Shown here: in pieces, positions 13,055 through 25,919 of the stretch
How positions within the stretch are numbered: position 1 is the stretch's first letter
How the letters are laid out: every line of letters starts with the position of its first letter
DNA from: Eledone cirrhosa
Taxonomy: Eukaryota
Assembly (NCBI GenBank): GCA_964016885.1
Contig: OZ024756.1
Span: 14,074,001-14,138,000 of the forward strand
Reading direction: 5' to 3'
Length of the DNA: 64,000 bases
Translations under genes and position numbers: made by a program
Notes under the pieces: generated by a model
Seen by the model: the letters and a program-made list of their open reading frames with translations, nothing else
Databases searched by the model: none
Told to the model about the DNA's origin: nothing

Positions 13055-13391
13055 TGGAGGCACATGGCTTAGTGGTTAGAGCATTGGCCTTGCAATCGAA
13101 AGGTTGTGAGTTCAATTCTCAGACCGGGTGATGTGTTGTTTCCTTGAGCAAGACACTTTATTTCACATTGCTCCAGTTTACTCAGCTGTAGAAATGAGAT
13201 GATAGGAGTGGGATCCCTATCATTCCACTGCAAAGTGGACGTGTAGGCGCCACGGCAAAAAAGCACCCAGCACTCACTGTAAATGAGGTTGGTGTTAGGA
13301 AGGGCATCCAGCTGTAGAAATCAAGCCAGAATCAGTTCCCGTCCCACCCTTGCAAGCAGGGAAAAGCGGACGTAAAATGAAATGATGATGA
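13055..13391 (+). mobile_element. tRNA-headed SINE (family 2) with RTE-derived 3' tail; partial copies at 16085-16200, 18690-18870 and 29850-30030
   Basis: A box tggcttagtgg, B box gagttcaattc, body ccttgagcaagacacttta, tail nearly identical to the RTE 3' end. Confidence 0.85.
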
Positions 13392-13458
13392 TATATATAT
13401 ATATATATATATATAATAACATGAGGCTGGACTGGTGTAATTCCTTAAAAGGTTTATT

Positions 13459-13516
13459 ATACTATGAACATTTCAATGACTGGGTTCAGTATGAATCCGG
13501 TGACATCATCAGGTAT
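13459..13516 (-). ncRNA. Candidate type I hammerhead ribozyme
   Basis: Minus strand: auac-CUGAUGA-[imperfect hairpin]-GAAAU-guuc-AUA-guau. Confidence 0.5.
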
Positions 13517-14329
13517 TCGAAATTTAACAAAGGGATATAATAGACAAGATCCATGGGGCTGAAAGCAGAGACACCAGTCCAGCCTCCTGTTATTTTATAA
13601 TAATTAACTCCGTACTCGCACCACCAACAACACAAACGAGGACGGGTGAGTTGCATTACGTTGAGTGCTCTCCCTAATATTACATCAAGGTTGACCATAC
13701 GGAATGACCAGTTCTATCCAGTGGTGAACCAAGAAACCTAAATAAATAAATATTTAAATTTCATACACTTATAATGTATGCGCAAACTTCGGTTTCGGGG
13801 TCCAGTTATGGCCACCACTGTCTAGGATTGGCTGCTTCCTCAATTTCATTACTTAATTTTATTAATTAATTCAATTACATAATTAAATAGAAATTTGTTT
13901 AATAAACTTTATTCCACATTAATGAAACTAATTAAAAATTTTCACTGTGAAAATACGAAAACGTGACTGAGAATGTGTCGCTAACTTTGCAAGGTAGCAC
14001 GTGTTGTGAAGAAGACCGGGAAATTTGAATTTGATGGAACATAAAACCTTATTTTCTATATTAATGTCTGTTATCTAACTAATATTATTTACTAATGAAG
14101 ATATATATATATATATAGAGAGAGAGAGGAATTAATTATAGAAATAAGGGAAGGTAAACATTCCCAACGTGACAAGAGACACCCCAATTACACATTGCTA
14201 CAGAAAATATTAGGGTTCCCTTCTAAATATTTTTAATGGCAAGCCAAAACATTGACGACATTACTGCAGGTAACAATGAAATTAAGGTACTGTAATATGT
14301 ACATTTATTAGTATTGTGTTATATTAAAA

Positions 14330-14530
14330 TTTTATTCCCAGTTTTGTAGCTTTCGAGACGTTTGGGGGAGTCGGGCCGCTGACTGCGAGTTTCCTCTCTT
14401 CACTGGCGGCTCCCCTAATAGAGGTAACTGGTGAATATGGCGAGGGCGCTTGGTTGTTCCAGCACCTCAGCTTGGCAGTCACCCGAGGCAATACTGCCAG
14501 TGTGCTGGCTTGCCTCAAAACTCATTTGAG
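14330..14530 (+). mobile_element. CRE-like non-LTR element, C-terminus of the restriction-like endonuclease (RLE)
   Basis: FVAFETFGGVGPLTASFLSSLA...WLFQHLSLAVTRGNTASVL. Confidence 0.75.
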
Positions 14531-16399
14531 AGGTTGACCAGTACTCCTGGCTGCTGTCTTTTGCTCTGGTTTTGGCTCCGTTGTTCACCCCTTCCTTTAT
14601 ATTGCAACATTAAAGGAATATATCCTTCTGACAGACTCGCGAGCAATTTATAATGTTATCTAAGCATTTGTAATGTATATATTTATATGTATATATTTAA
14701 AACATATTTGTTATGTTATTCTACTGTAAGTTTATTTATATACATCATGTGTTTATATTTTCACTCCCATTTGTAAGGTTATTTAATATATAACTAATAA
14801 AAATGTAGACATTACTACTAACTTTACAAATGGGAGCCCGACTCCCCTGAAAGCCATTGTGTAATATTTTAGTAAAACCAGCCCCCAACGATAGAAGTTC
14901 GTTGTCAGCCCCTACAAACTTCTTCAATACAAATGTTAGTTGGTGTAATTTATTTTTACCCTTGTTTTCATGTGGTGGTATTTGTCTAGTGTTTTTAATA
15001 ACATGTATCTTAGCTTTATGGTGTGTTTTTGTGGTCCCGGGTGGAATAATTTTATAGCGAGGATACTAGGTTGTATGAATGTAACAAGGAATACATAGTT
15101 TGTGTGTATAATATTTAATTAACAATGGTAGATAGTATAGTTGACATGTCAATAGGAATAGATGTTAGAATGAAACAAAGTTAGTAGTTACCGTTTTGAT
15201 TGCCAGGCAAACGCGGCTGGCAGAGGACGCCTGGCTAAGGCCAGGCGCCTGTTGGCCAAATTAATGGCAGAGCCAAATGAGAGGCTCTTGACCTGGTGCC
15301 GAAAAGGCAAAGAGAGAAAGGAAGCTTAAAGTTGTTAGTTTTATAGGGCTCTGACCGGAAGTTGCAGAAAGGGTTCTACCTCCCGTCTAGATCCCAATCA
15401 AAACAAGGGAGACAACCGCTACAATTTCCTCAGAAAATCATTTCTCCGTCTCATGTCAGACTAACGAAGATATTCCAGACAATACTGATTCCTAATTTCT
15501 CAGTTCGTTTATGTTTTGCAGTGCACGTATATTACTATTACACATGCAACGGAGCATGCATGCCTCGTTCCTTTCCAATCTGTGCAGGTCCTCTGCACAC
15601 AATGCCCAAGTCTCCTGAGAGGGTCGTGGAAGCAGACTCCTCAAACACTTCTTCCAGCGGGTCCAAGAGTTGTTTTATGGATATCTATATATATATATAT
15701 AGATATAGATATATATATATATAAATAGATATATATATATGTATATATGTGTGTATATGTATAGATATATACAGTATGAATTGGTCTTCGATAATTTTTG
15801 CTAAATATTATCTAAAAGTGTTGTAAATTGATTTCAGTTTTTAAAGCACTTTAACCCTCGGTATGTTCGTCACATATGAGGTTTGTCAGGTGTTTTAACA
15901 AAGGGGTCGGCAGTCTGGTTACTCACCAACATTACCCCTCCACATACAATAACATCTCTCTCTATATATAAACTAGTCTTAAATAATCAGGTGGATCAGG
16001 CCATTATAACGTGGAATCTTAGTTTATGTCGATGTATTCTGGGTAAACAGTTTGTTTTTAGTTCCCTTCATAATATCGTCATTAGAGGTAGGTGGGTTCA
16101 ATTCTCGGACTGGGTTGTGTTCTTGAGAAAACATTTTATTTCACGATGTTCCAGTATACTCAACTGTAGCTGGGGGTTTAACTCTGCGATGGACTAGCGC
16201 CCTTTAGATGTTTCATGCCATGGAATCCGGGGTAAGGACTGGCGTGATGAGCCTCCAAGCTTGAGACAGACTTTAGATATCATCAACCATTTGAACAGCC
16301 TTTTTTTTCTCAGTACCACCCCTCGGGGTACCGTATTTCTAATGGAATACACAGCCCATGTGCCTCAATATTGGAAAATAATGTAAATATTGAATAATT

Positions 16400-16612
16400 G
16401 AATGATTTCTACTTTCACAAGGCTAATAATTTGGGGTGTGGGGGAAGTCGATTAAATCAACCTCAGTACATTACTGGTACTTTATTTATCGACCACATAA
16501 GGATGAAAGGCAAAGCTAACCTCGGCGAGATTTGAATTCAGACTGTAAAGGGCCGTAACTATGTGCTGTAAAGCATATTGTCCGACGCTCTACCGATACT
16601 GCCAATCCACCG
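16400..16612 (-). mobile_element. SINE family 1 copy (others at 23135-23255, 37592-37775, 59160-59685 and 62748-63150)
   Basis: Same body and boxes as 8850-9237. Confidence 0.8.
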
Positions 16613-16917
16613 CCTGGCTATCGTTAACCTGTTGTGTGTGGGTCACTTAATCTGGATGGAGATCACCTTTGTTGTTCTTCCTCTACCAGATCCAGCTGGA
16701 ACTCCTCTCCACTTCCTCTGCAATAGTCTTTAGTACTTTGCACCCAGTTACTCAGAGATATTTCATGAGATTGTAGGCAGATATTTCTACCAACCCTCTC
16801 ACTGCAGCCTGTAGGGGTGAGGACTTTGACCTGGAAATCTGCTTTTTAGATAACTTTGCGTCTCCTGTATGTCTGTCATTCTCGTAATCATAGCTGTTAA
16901 TAGATCGATATCGATTA

Positions 16918-17220
16918 ACGGCATGACAACCTTCCCGCTCCGTAAGGGTAGGCCCTTCGGCTAGGATGTCATACGTTGTGACATTTTCTCAAGTGACAAC
17001 ATTGTGTGTTCAGTGACCAGCCCAGGCTTTGCTGCTCGTCATGTCAAAGTATCGGCCACCCTCTGATATGTTTGTGATTGAGATTTTGGCAGTGGAGAAT
17101 TCCAGTGTTCTTGTCCCCCGCCTGACCAAATCCCCCTTTGCACGGCTATCGGAAGGGAGTTAGCTACACACAAGTGTGAGCCCCGTGAGGTGCAGTGGCT
17201 GTTTCAGTATGTCTCCCTAG
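16918..17220 (+). mobile_element. Decayed CRE-like endonuclease fragment
   Basis: GMTTFPLRKGRPFG*DV..., LAVENSSVL, CEPREVQWLFQYVSL; homologous to 24927-25210. Confidence 0.68.
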
Positions 17221-19624
17221 CTCCAGAACCACAAGACAGACTGACCCTTAAGTTTCATCTATGGTGGTTGCATGTAGAATATATTTATTTAAGCACTATT
17301 GTTATTTTAATAAAAAATGAAAAACCTATGTGTTTGTTTTTTTATTCACAAAATTAATGTTGAAAATAAACAATAAAATGCAAGGATTTAATAATAAAAT
17401 TCAACATGTTTCTTTTCTATTCACAGGAAATATATTTAGTGTATTTTGTTTTAAAACTCTTCCTAGCAAATCTTTAGGTGGATTTAAATGTTTCTTTCAT
17501 GATTGAAATCAAAGACCGTAAATTGTTGATTCAATTCTTCAGCAGTGGTAAATATTTTCTGAAACTGTATTCACCATTTAATATTATTAATTAGTCGGCG
17601 ATTGTCTTGTTGCCTTAAATCCCCAAAGTATGTGGAGGTTCTCTGGTCTGTCGCTTATCCCGTAAAGCGAATGAGAGTACTAGACTCCCTCCTGGACAGG
17701 CCGCCAGTCCGTCACAGGGTTAACTCCCCACCTATTACTGGTACTCATGTTCAGCTGAATTATACTGGCCGTAAAAACTAAAACAGTTGTAAATTCATTT
17801 CGGTTTTTAGATCACCTCTTTCCTCTGTATGTTCATCATTGGTTAACTGTCGATCAGTGTTTGTAAAGATCGATATCGACTAACTTGTGAGTTTATTTAC
17901 TGGGTAGACAGAGAATGTATAGAAGTCTTACACTGAATCGCCCTGAGAATTACGTATGTTCATAATTATATTTTCCATAATTCCACTCTTGCGTCATGTC
18001 AATCAACTTAGTCCCAGAATTCTTCGTTCTACTTTCCCCTACAACCCCACCTCCACATCCAAGGTGCTGTAGCATGGCCAGGATACTTGGAACATGCGCA
18101 CTGGGTTCCTAAATCTCGCGCTTGCGCATTCAATTCCATCCAAAACAAGAAAAAAAAATGGCCGAATGTTACGAGCTTTACAGAAACTCTTGCTAAATGG
18201 TTTAGCAATGGACAATAGCAGTTTTCTGAAAGGTAACGTAGATTTTTATATTATGTTGAGATATTATTGTAAATCTTTCCTTCTTAGTCTCCTTCGTATG
18301 ATCTACTATTTACACCTACCTAGTTGTTCTCTTGTGAACGTATTCTTAATTAAATACACACTCACCTGTTTCAATTATACAGTATATTAAATTTATATTT
18401 TTTCTTAATAAATATGTATCTAGTGTAGTTTAAAAATTGTTCCTACTTCTTCCTGGGGTAGTTCCTTTGTCTTTATCAAATCCTTCTGTCGACTATTTCT
18501 CTCTATCACTGTGTGGTTGTCTTCCTCTCAAGATCTAACTCACTAACACCAATCGAATCTTGCTCCCGCTTTCTCTCATTTGACTTGTCGATGGGAAAAA
18601 TCTTATCTCCCGTATTTAATTCTATACACCTAACTTTTGTTTTCATCTTAACAGTGTATGTTTGTACCTGTAATTAAGTGAGTCTTGTCACACTCCCATA
18701 GTGGTGACAGTGTTTGACTTGCGATCATAATGTGATGAGTTCCATTCCTGGATCGTGTTGTGTTCTTGAGAAAAACACTTCATTCCACGTGGCTCCAGTA
18801 TACTTAGCTGAGTCTGAGTACCAACAGTATCTTGGGGTTTAACCCTGCCATAGACTGGCGTCCTAACCAATTTTCCCTTCGTAACCAATCATTTTAAAAT
18901 TTTGTTTTTGTCTCTCCAAGAACAGTGTTGATTATTTTGTCAGACACTGTACCATTTGTACTTGTTGGTAATACCTCCAGTACGTTGGTGTCTACTCTAT
19001 CACCCTAATAGTTTACCTAGTCTGAGGAGACGAGGCCAGCCCATCTATAAGTTCATTGCTGTTGAATCCAGGTTTGTTGCTCTTCATTGTATGATTTGCT
19101 CCACTGTGGTCTGGGCCGTGTCTCAATGTGCCTGCCCCGAATAGTCCCACTTAGCAATCAATCTTTACGAATAAGTCCAGCTGTTCACCATCTGTATTTT
19201 ATCTTCTTGTCTCTCCCATTTGACTTTGTCGATGGGTGAAATGTTATCTTCTTGCCTTGCTCCTCGTTAGAACGTACATAAACGAAATTCAGACAGCCGG
19301 GGTTAATATCCCGTTAAAACAATGATGTATGTACGTAACACATACATATAAATATCTTTTATTGTTGTTTCAATTAATTATGAACATCAATAATAAATAA
19401 CAACTTCGTAAAATAGAATTCGATGTGTTTTTATTGACAAAAATGTATTTAATTACACAAGAAATATTGTTTAATTCTCTTATGTTCCTTCTTTACAGAT
19501 GTCCAGCCACAAGTGTTTTGTAGAATGAAATAAGTTTGTAATAAAACAATTGTATCATATACTTTATTGTGTTGTTTATTTATTCCTGGTATGAAGAAGG
19601 TAAAACATATTTTAAACAGCCTCA

Positions 19625-20520
19625 TCAAGGTTTTGAATCCAAGTCACTCCAAAAATGATTGTCGGTGTCTTCAATGGTTCGAATCTAAGGAAAGAAAAGA
19701 AATTTAAAGAAAGAACCTAACAGTCGTCCCAAAATAGTAAGTACCATCAAGGGAATGAAAAGTTAGTATCAATAAAAAATGTCAACAATGTAGAAAGTAT
19801 CATTGAGGGTTCGAATCTAACAGTCGTCTAAGAACGTAGTTACATCAAGGGTTCTAAGTATCAAAAATGTAATAAGAACCTTCAAGTATGTAAAGAGAGT
19901 ATCTCAGGTTCGAATCCAACAGTCGTCTAAGAATGTAGTAACCATCAAGGGTTCTAAGTATGAAGAATGTAAAGGAAGTATCTAAGGTTCGAATCCAACT
20001 GTCTTCCAAGAATCCAATTAACCATCAAGGTTCTAAGTATAAAAAATGTAATAAGAACCTTCAAGTATGTAAAGGAAGTATCTCAGGTTCGAATCCAACT
20101 GTCTTCCAAGAATGTAAAAACCATCTAATAATGTAAAGAAAGTATCAAAGGTTCGAATCTAAGTCAAGAATGTAGTAAGAAGTATCAAGGGTTAGAATCT
20201 AGGAGTCAAAATGTTGTAAGAAGATTCTAAGGTTCGAATCCAACTGTCTTCCAAGAATGTAAGTAACCTTCAAGAGTTCTAAGAATCTAAGTTAAGAAGG
20301 TTCGAATCAAACTGTCTTTCAAGAATGTAAGTGAAATTGTGGGTTCTAAGAATCTGAACAGTCTCTTTATATAGAAACTAAGTTAATGGTTCAAATCCAA
20401 CTGTCTTTCAAGAATGTAAGTGAAATTGTGGGTTCTAAGAATCTAAGCAGTCTCTTTATATAGAAACCAAGTTAAGAAGGTTCAAATCCAACTGTCGTCC
20501 AAGAATGTAAAAAGTTCTTC
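19625..20520 (+). repeat. Irregular tandem array containing Pol III B-box motifs
   Basis: GGTTCGAATCC at 19907, 19986, 20086 and 20231, plus ~8 variants, usually followed by aactgtcttccaagaatgt. Confidence 0.85.
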
Positions 20521-21479
20521 TTAAAATGTCTTCTAATATGCAAATGAGCCTTTGAAAAAGAATTCTCCACGGTGGTCAAGGACGGGCCTTGCATCTATGT
20601 GCCGGCCCCGAATAGTCCCAGGCCTAGTTAGCAGTCGTACGCCACTACGAATCAAACGCCAGATAGGTAGTCCGAGACGCAGTTCGCACGCCACCGCGAA
20701 GGCCGCAATTCTACTGAGTTAAATAGTGGTACTTATGGCTACTTTGGAAAAATTTTGATAAAAAAAAAAATTAATATATGCAAACGGAACAAAGGGAAGT
20801 AATTCTGGATTCAAATATTTTTTTCATAAGACAATTATTAATGCATTGGTGGTGCTGCGAAGACGGGGTTTTCGATGTCTGCCAACGGATTGTTTAGGGA
20901 GTTTAATTATGGGGGTTTATCGAAGTTCGATGGTGACCCTTTCTACAATTCAGGACCCTTTGATGTCTACAAGATGTTGCGATAGAGACGCAAGTTAGAC
21001 GTGAGAGGGTAGCCAGCTTTGTTTACATTCGAGCGATAACCATAGAAGATTATACAGGTTAGACTTGTCTTTTAACCGCTTTTTTGGCGACCTGTACATA
21101 CACTACATGCCTTTGGCCCCCTAAACGAGCGTTAGCCACAGAGAAGATCTTATAAGCCAGAGAGGACATTGAGCCTTCGAGAGGGGGAGGAAATTTAACT
21201 TGGGTGTTCTCAGTCCTGGAAGGAGACTGAGGTGTGATACACACACTTCCACTGAAATATGTACTACCTGTACAGTCACCCAACGATCCATAAGACAATA
21301 AACAACGGTTTTCGATTGACAACCATAACTACACTCCGTAACAACACACATATATCACCAGCAACACATTAACAATTTTCTAATAAAAAATATATTCACA
21401 CCTGAATTACTTCCATATATTCCGTTTACATATATTTTAACAACGAATAATTAAAAATATAGATACAAATGTGACTTAA

Positions 21480-24400
21480 TACGTACCTTGATGGACTCCG
21501 GGTTTAAGGGTGTGGCCACAGGGGAGGGGTAAAGTGTGCCATTGACAGATGACCCCAGTTCTTGGGATGTTAAGAGACAGGCCTAACCTTTTATAAGCCG
21601 CCGTATGGAGGGACAGCTACCACAATATACTGTATATCAGGGGAACAGCTAACACTGTATAACAGGGACGTTAAAATAGAGTAACTGTGGGATGTAGAGA
21701 GGAGCCAGCTACCACAATATACTGTATATGAGGGACATTAAAAGACGGAGACAAACAGACCTTATATTAGATGTAACGGCTGATGTATGGAGGGACAGCT
21801 ACCGCAATATACTCTATATCTGGGACGTTAAAAGACAAACACACCCTTATATTAGAAGGGATAGCAGTGAATTTGGTAGACTGTACTAACGTGTGGAAGA
21901 TTAAACACGAAGCTGAACTCCTAAATACGCTGGGCAGGGCACGTCTCTAGGATGAAGGACCATCGCCTGCCCAGGATCAATCTCAGCTTTCTATAGGCGT
22001 TCGTGACAGGAGGACCAAGTAACAAGAAGCTGTGCTGGAGTGTAACGAGAAAAAGGTTCGCAGGTATGGCTATTTCCAGTCGAGGTGGGCTGCATGGAAT
22101 TTTCGGCTCAGTGGAATGACAGGACGAGAGAAGAAGGCTGCAGTTCGCATGATGAAGGAGTTAGCAGAAAAGGCCTCCTGTTGGCTTTGGAGCAGGAGAG
22201 AGGGGATAAGCTGCAAGCTAGGTGGCGATAATTGGTAGTAATTTGGCCACCACTGCTGACCCACCAGCGGGAGGGTCAAAAGTCCCAATGAACGTAGGAC
22301 ACGGCTGGGTGGCATCAGCACCTGCTGGCCAAGGCTATGTCCACCGAAGGGGAATGAATGTGAGGCACCTGAGGACGTAATTATGCCTATATATATATCA
22401 TCATCATCGTTTGTCTCATTTAAAGGCAAGTTGAGCCGAGTCTCAGACCCAACATTATATTAGATGTAACTGTTGGCAGCAGGGACGTTATAAGACAGAC
22501 ACATCCTTATATTAGATGTAATTGTGGGATGTATAGAGGGGTTGCTTCCACTGTATATCAGGGACATTAAAAGACAGGTCCACCTTTTTATAAGCTACAA
22601 CTGTGGGCCGTCTAGAGGGACAGTTATCACAATATGTGACCAATACATACCTCGATGGATTCCAGGTTTAAGGGTGTGGTCAAAGGGGAGGGGCGATAAT
22701 GTGTGCCATTGACACATGAACGTTAAAAGACAGATCCACCTTTTTATAAGCCTCAACTGTGGGCCATATTGATGGACTCCAAGTTTAAGGGTGTGGCCAC
22801 AGGGGAGGGGTAAAGTGTGCCATTGACAGATGACCTCAGTTCTTGGGATGTTAAGAGACAGGCCTAACCTTTTATAAGCTGCAACTGTGGGCCGTACGGG
22901 GCGAGAGACAGACCCCAACTTAGATGTAACAGCTGCCGTATAGAGGGACAGCTACCACAATACACTGTATATAAGGGGTGTTAAAAGACAGACCATCTTT
23001 AGATATAACTATAGACCGTTTGGAGGGACAGGTACCATAATACACTGTATATAAGGGACGTTAACAGACAGACATATCCTTACATTAGATGTAATTGTGG
23101 GTTGTAAAGATAGACGGACAGACATTATATTAGATTCTGAGTTCAAATCCCGCTGAGGTCAACTTTGTCTTTCATCCTTACGGGGTCGATAAAATAAAGT
23201 ACCAGTAATGTACTGGGTGATTGCTGGCCTTGTGCCAGAAGTAGAAACAATTATATTAGATGTAACAGTGGACAGCTACCACAATACACTGTATATCAGG
23301 GACGTTAAATGACAGACCCATCTTTAGATATAACTATAGCCCGTATGGCGGGGTAGTTATTACAATATACTGTATATAAGGGACGTTAAAAGACAGGCCC
23401 ACCCATAGATGTAACTGTGGGATGTACAGAGGGGCTGCTACCACTGTATATCAGGGACGTTATAAGACAGGTCTACCTTTTTATAAGCTGCAGCTGTGGG
23501 CCGTATGGAGTTACAGACAGACCCAACATTATATAAGATTTAATTAGGGGCCATATGGAGGGACAGCTAGCACAATATACTGTATATGAGGGACGTTAAA
23601 AGAAAGACCCACCCATAGATGTAACAGTGGGCTGTATAGAGGGACAGCTACCATAATATACTGTATATGAGGCGTTAAAAGACAGACCCATCCTTACATT
23701 AGATGTAACAGCTGCCGTATGAACAGGGACAGCTACCACAATATACTGTATATCAGTGGCGTTAAAATACAACTCCATTCTTTTATCACAGAGGAAGAGT
23801 CTTGCTGCGTATCACTTCCAGCTTCTGGACTGTAAGAAGATGGAGGTATTCCACCAGCCTGCACCTTAGGAAGAGTACCACCCTCCCCATATCACCGTTG
23901 GCGAGACTGAACTGAAGCAGTCCGTCATTTCACCTACCTGGGATGCACCAGCACATCGGGTGCCAAGATCGACAGGGAAGTCAGCAACAGACTGGCAAAG
24001 GTGAGCAGTGAATTTGGTAGACTGTACTAACGTGTGGAAGATTAAACACGAAGCTGAACTCCCAAATACGCTGGACAGGGCACGTCTATAGGATGAAGGG
24101 TCATCGCCTGCCCAGGACCAAATATCAAGAACTTGTGCTGGGGTGTAGGGAGAAAGGTTCACAGGCATGGCTATTTCCAGTCGAGGTGGGCTGCAGGGAT
24201 TCTCGGCTCAGTGGAATGACAGGACGAGAGAAGAAGGCCTCCTGTTGGCTTTGGAGCAGGTGAGATGGGATAAGCTGGAAGCTAGGTGGCGATAATGGGT
24301 AGTAATTTGGCCACCACTGCTGACCTACTAGCGGAGGGTGATACGGTTGAGGGTCAAAACTCCCAACGAAAGTAGGACACGGCTGGGTGACATCAGCACC

Positions 24401-24560
24401 TGCTGGCCCAGGCTATGTCTACCGAAGGGGGTAGAATGTGAGGCACGAGGACGTAATTATGCCATATATATATATCATCATCATCGTTTAACGTCTATCT
24501 TCCACGCTAGCATGGGTTATACGGGTTTGTCGCATTTAGAGGCAAGCTGGGCCGGGTGAC
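21480..24560 (+). repeat. Composite duplicated unit (two partial tandem copies): degenerate minisatellite + RTE fragment + Hero-like 3' end
   Basis: agctaccacaatatactgtatatcagggacgttaaaagacag repeats; HFTYLGC...IDREVSNRLAK; PVEVGC...AEKASCWLWSRRE; collinear copy at 46630-47980. Confidence 0.8.
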
Positions 24561-24904
24561 CGTGTCTCGCTCATATATATAAACTTTATTGGCATATTGC
24601 AATCGTAATCAATATTGATCATCTCAGAGTACAATAAAAATGACAGGAGCCCGACGCTACCTCGATATCTCATCAGATATGCGAGTTTATATGTGCATAA
24701 TAAACACCGCCTGTAACTTTCATTAGAATCTTACCTAACATATGTGTGTAGGTGGTGGAGATAGAGTAACTGGACTGTGGACCCTATCGTTAAAATACCC
24801 GAGAAAACCTCATAGGAGACACACCCCTAGAATCTGCTCCAGAATACAAAATTAATTTACAACAGTTTCAGAAAATATTTAGCACTGTTGAAGAATTGAA
24901 GCAA

Positions 24905-25210
24905 CACTTTCTGCAGTCGCAACCTGGTGCAGACTGCGAATAACCCAGGTTCTGCTGCACGTCGGGATGAGGAGGCCAAACTCTCCAAATACCGGTCACT
25001 CTCCGACAGGTTTGCGGTCGTACCCTTGGCAATGGAGACTTCTGGTGTCCTCGGCCCTAGGGCTACCTCCCTACTCACCACCATGGGCGCTGAGCTGGCC
25101 AGCCGCAGGTGTGAGCCTCGCGGGTTGGAAGGGCTTTTCCAGCGCGTCTCCCTTGCCGTCCTCCGGGGAAACACCTTCTCCATTCTGTCCGCCGGGGCTG
25201 TGGGGAGGTC
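24905..25210 (+). mobile_element. CRE-like non-LTR 3' end (RLE domain); short inverted fragment at 25770-25860
   Basis: KLSKYRSLSDRFAVVPLAMETSGVLGP...LFQRVSLAVLRGNTFSIL. Confidence 0.82.
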
Positions 25211-25919
25211 ACCAATATGATTGACCGACTTGTCATTTTATCAGTCAACTGTTGCTATCGTTAGATATTTACGGTCTTTGATCTCAATCGTGAAAGAAGT
25301 ATTTAAATACAGGTAACAGAGCTGCTACGGGGAAAACTAGAAAGAGTTTTAAAAAAACTACACTAGATATATTTTTTGTGAATAAAAAGAAACATGTTGA
25401 ATTTTATTATGAAATCCCTACATTTTATTGTTTATTTTCAACACTGGAAGCAGTAATCCCACTCCTATATGCAGGGGATCTCGTCGTTTGATGTTGATCC
25501 GGGGACAATATCGTTCGGCACACCCTGAATGACCAGGCAGCCTTCTCTAGGGACAGTACTGCTTGCTCCATATGGAGATGGGTCTAGAAAAGTTGTCCAA
25601 AACCACAGTATACTGTATATGAGGGACGTTAAAAGACAGGCCCATTCTTTTATCACAGAGAAAGAGTCTTGCTGCGTATCACTTCCGACTCTCTAGACTG
25701 GAAGTAAGTTTGAAGAAGATGGAGGTATTCCCCCAGCTCGTCTCCTACACCACCCAGTGGTCAACCGGTATTTTGAGAGTTTGGCCTCCTCATCCCGACG
25801 TGCAGCAGAACGTGGGTTATTCGCAGTCTGCACCAGGTTGCGGCTGCAGAAAGTGTTGCTTCAATTCTTCAACAGTGCTAAATATTTTCTGAAACTGTTG
25901 TAAATCAACAAAGAATAAA

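Noticed and set aside
13055-13130. tRNA gene
   Set aside because: A and B boxes are present, but the sequence continues into a SINE body and RTE tail with no acceptor stem.
24640-24700. Minus-strand CTGATGAGATATCGAG as a mini-hammerhead (also near 29250, 40395 and 40580)
   Set aside because: No copy has the essential GAAA, and helix I cannot be formed.
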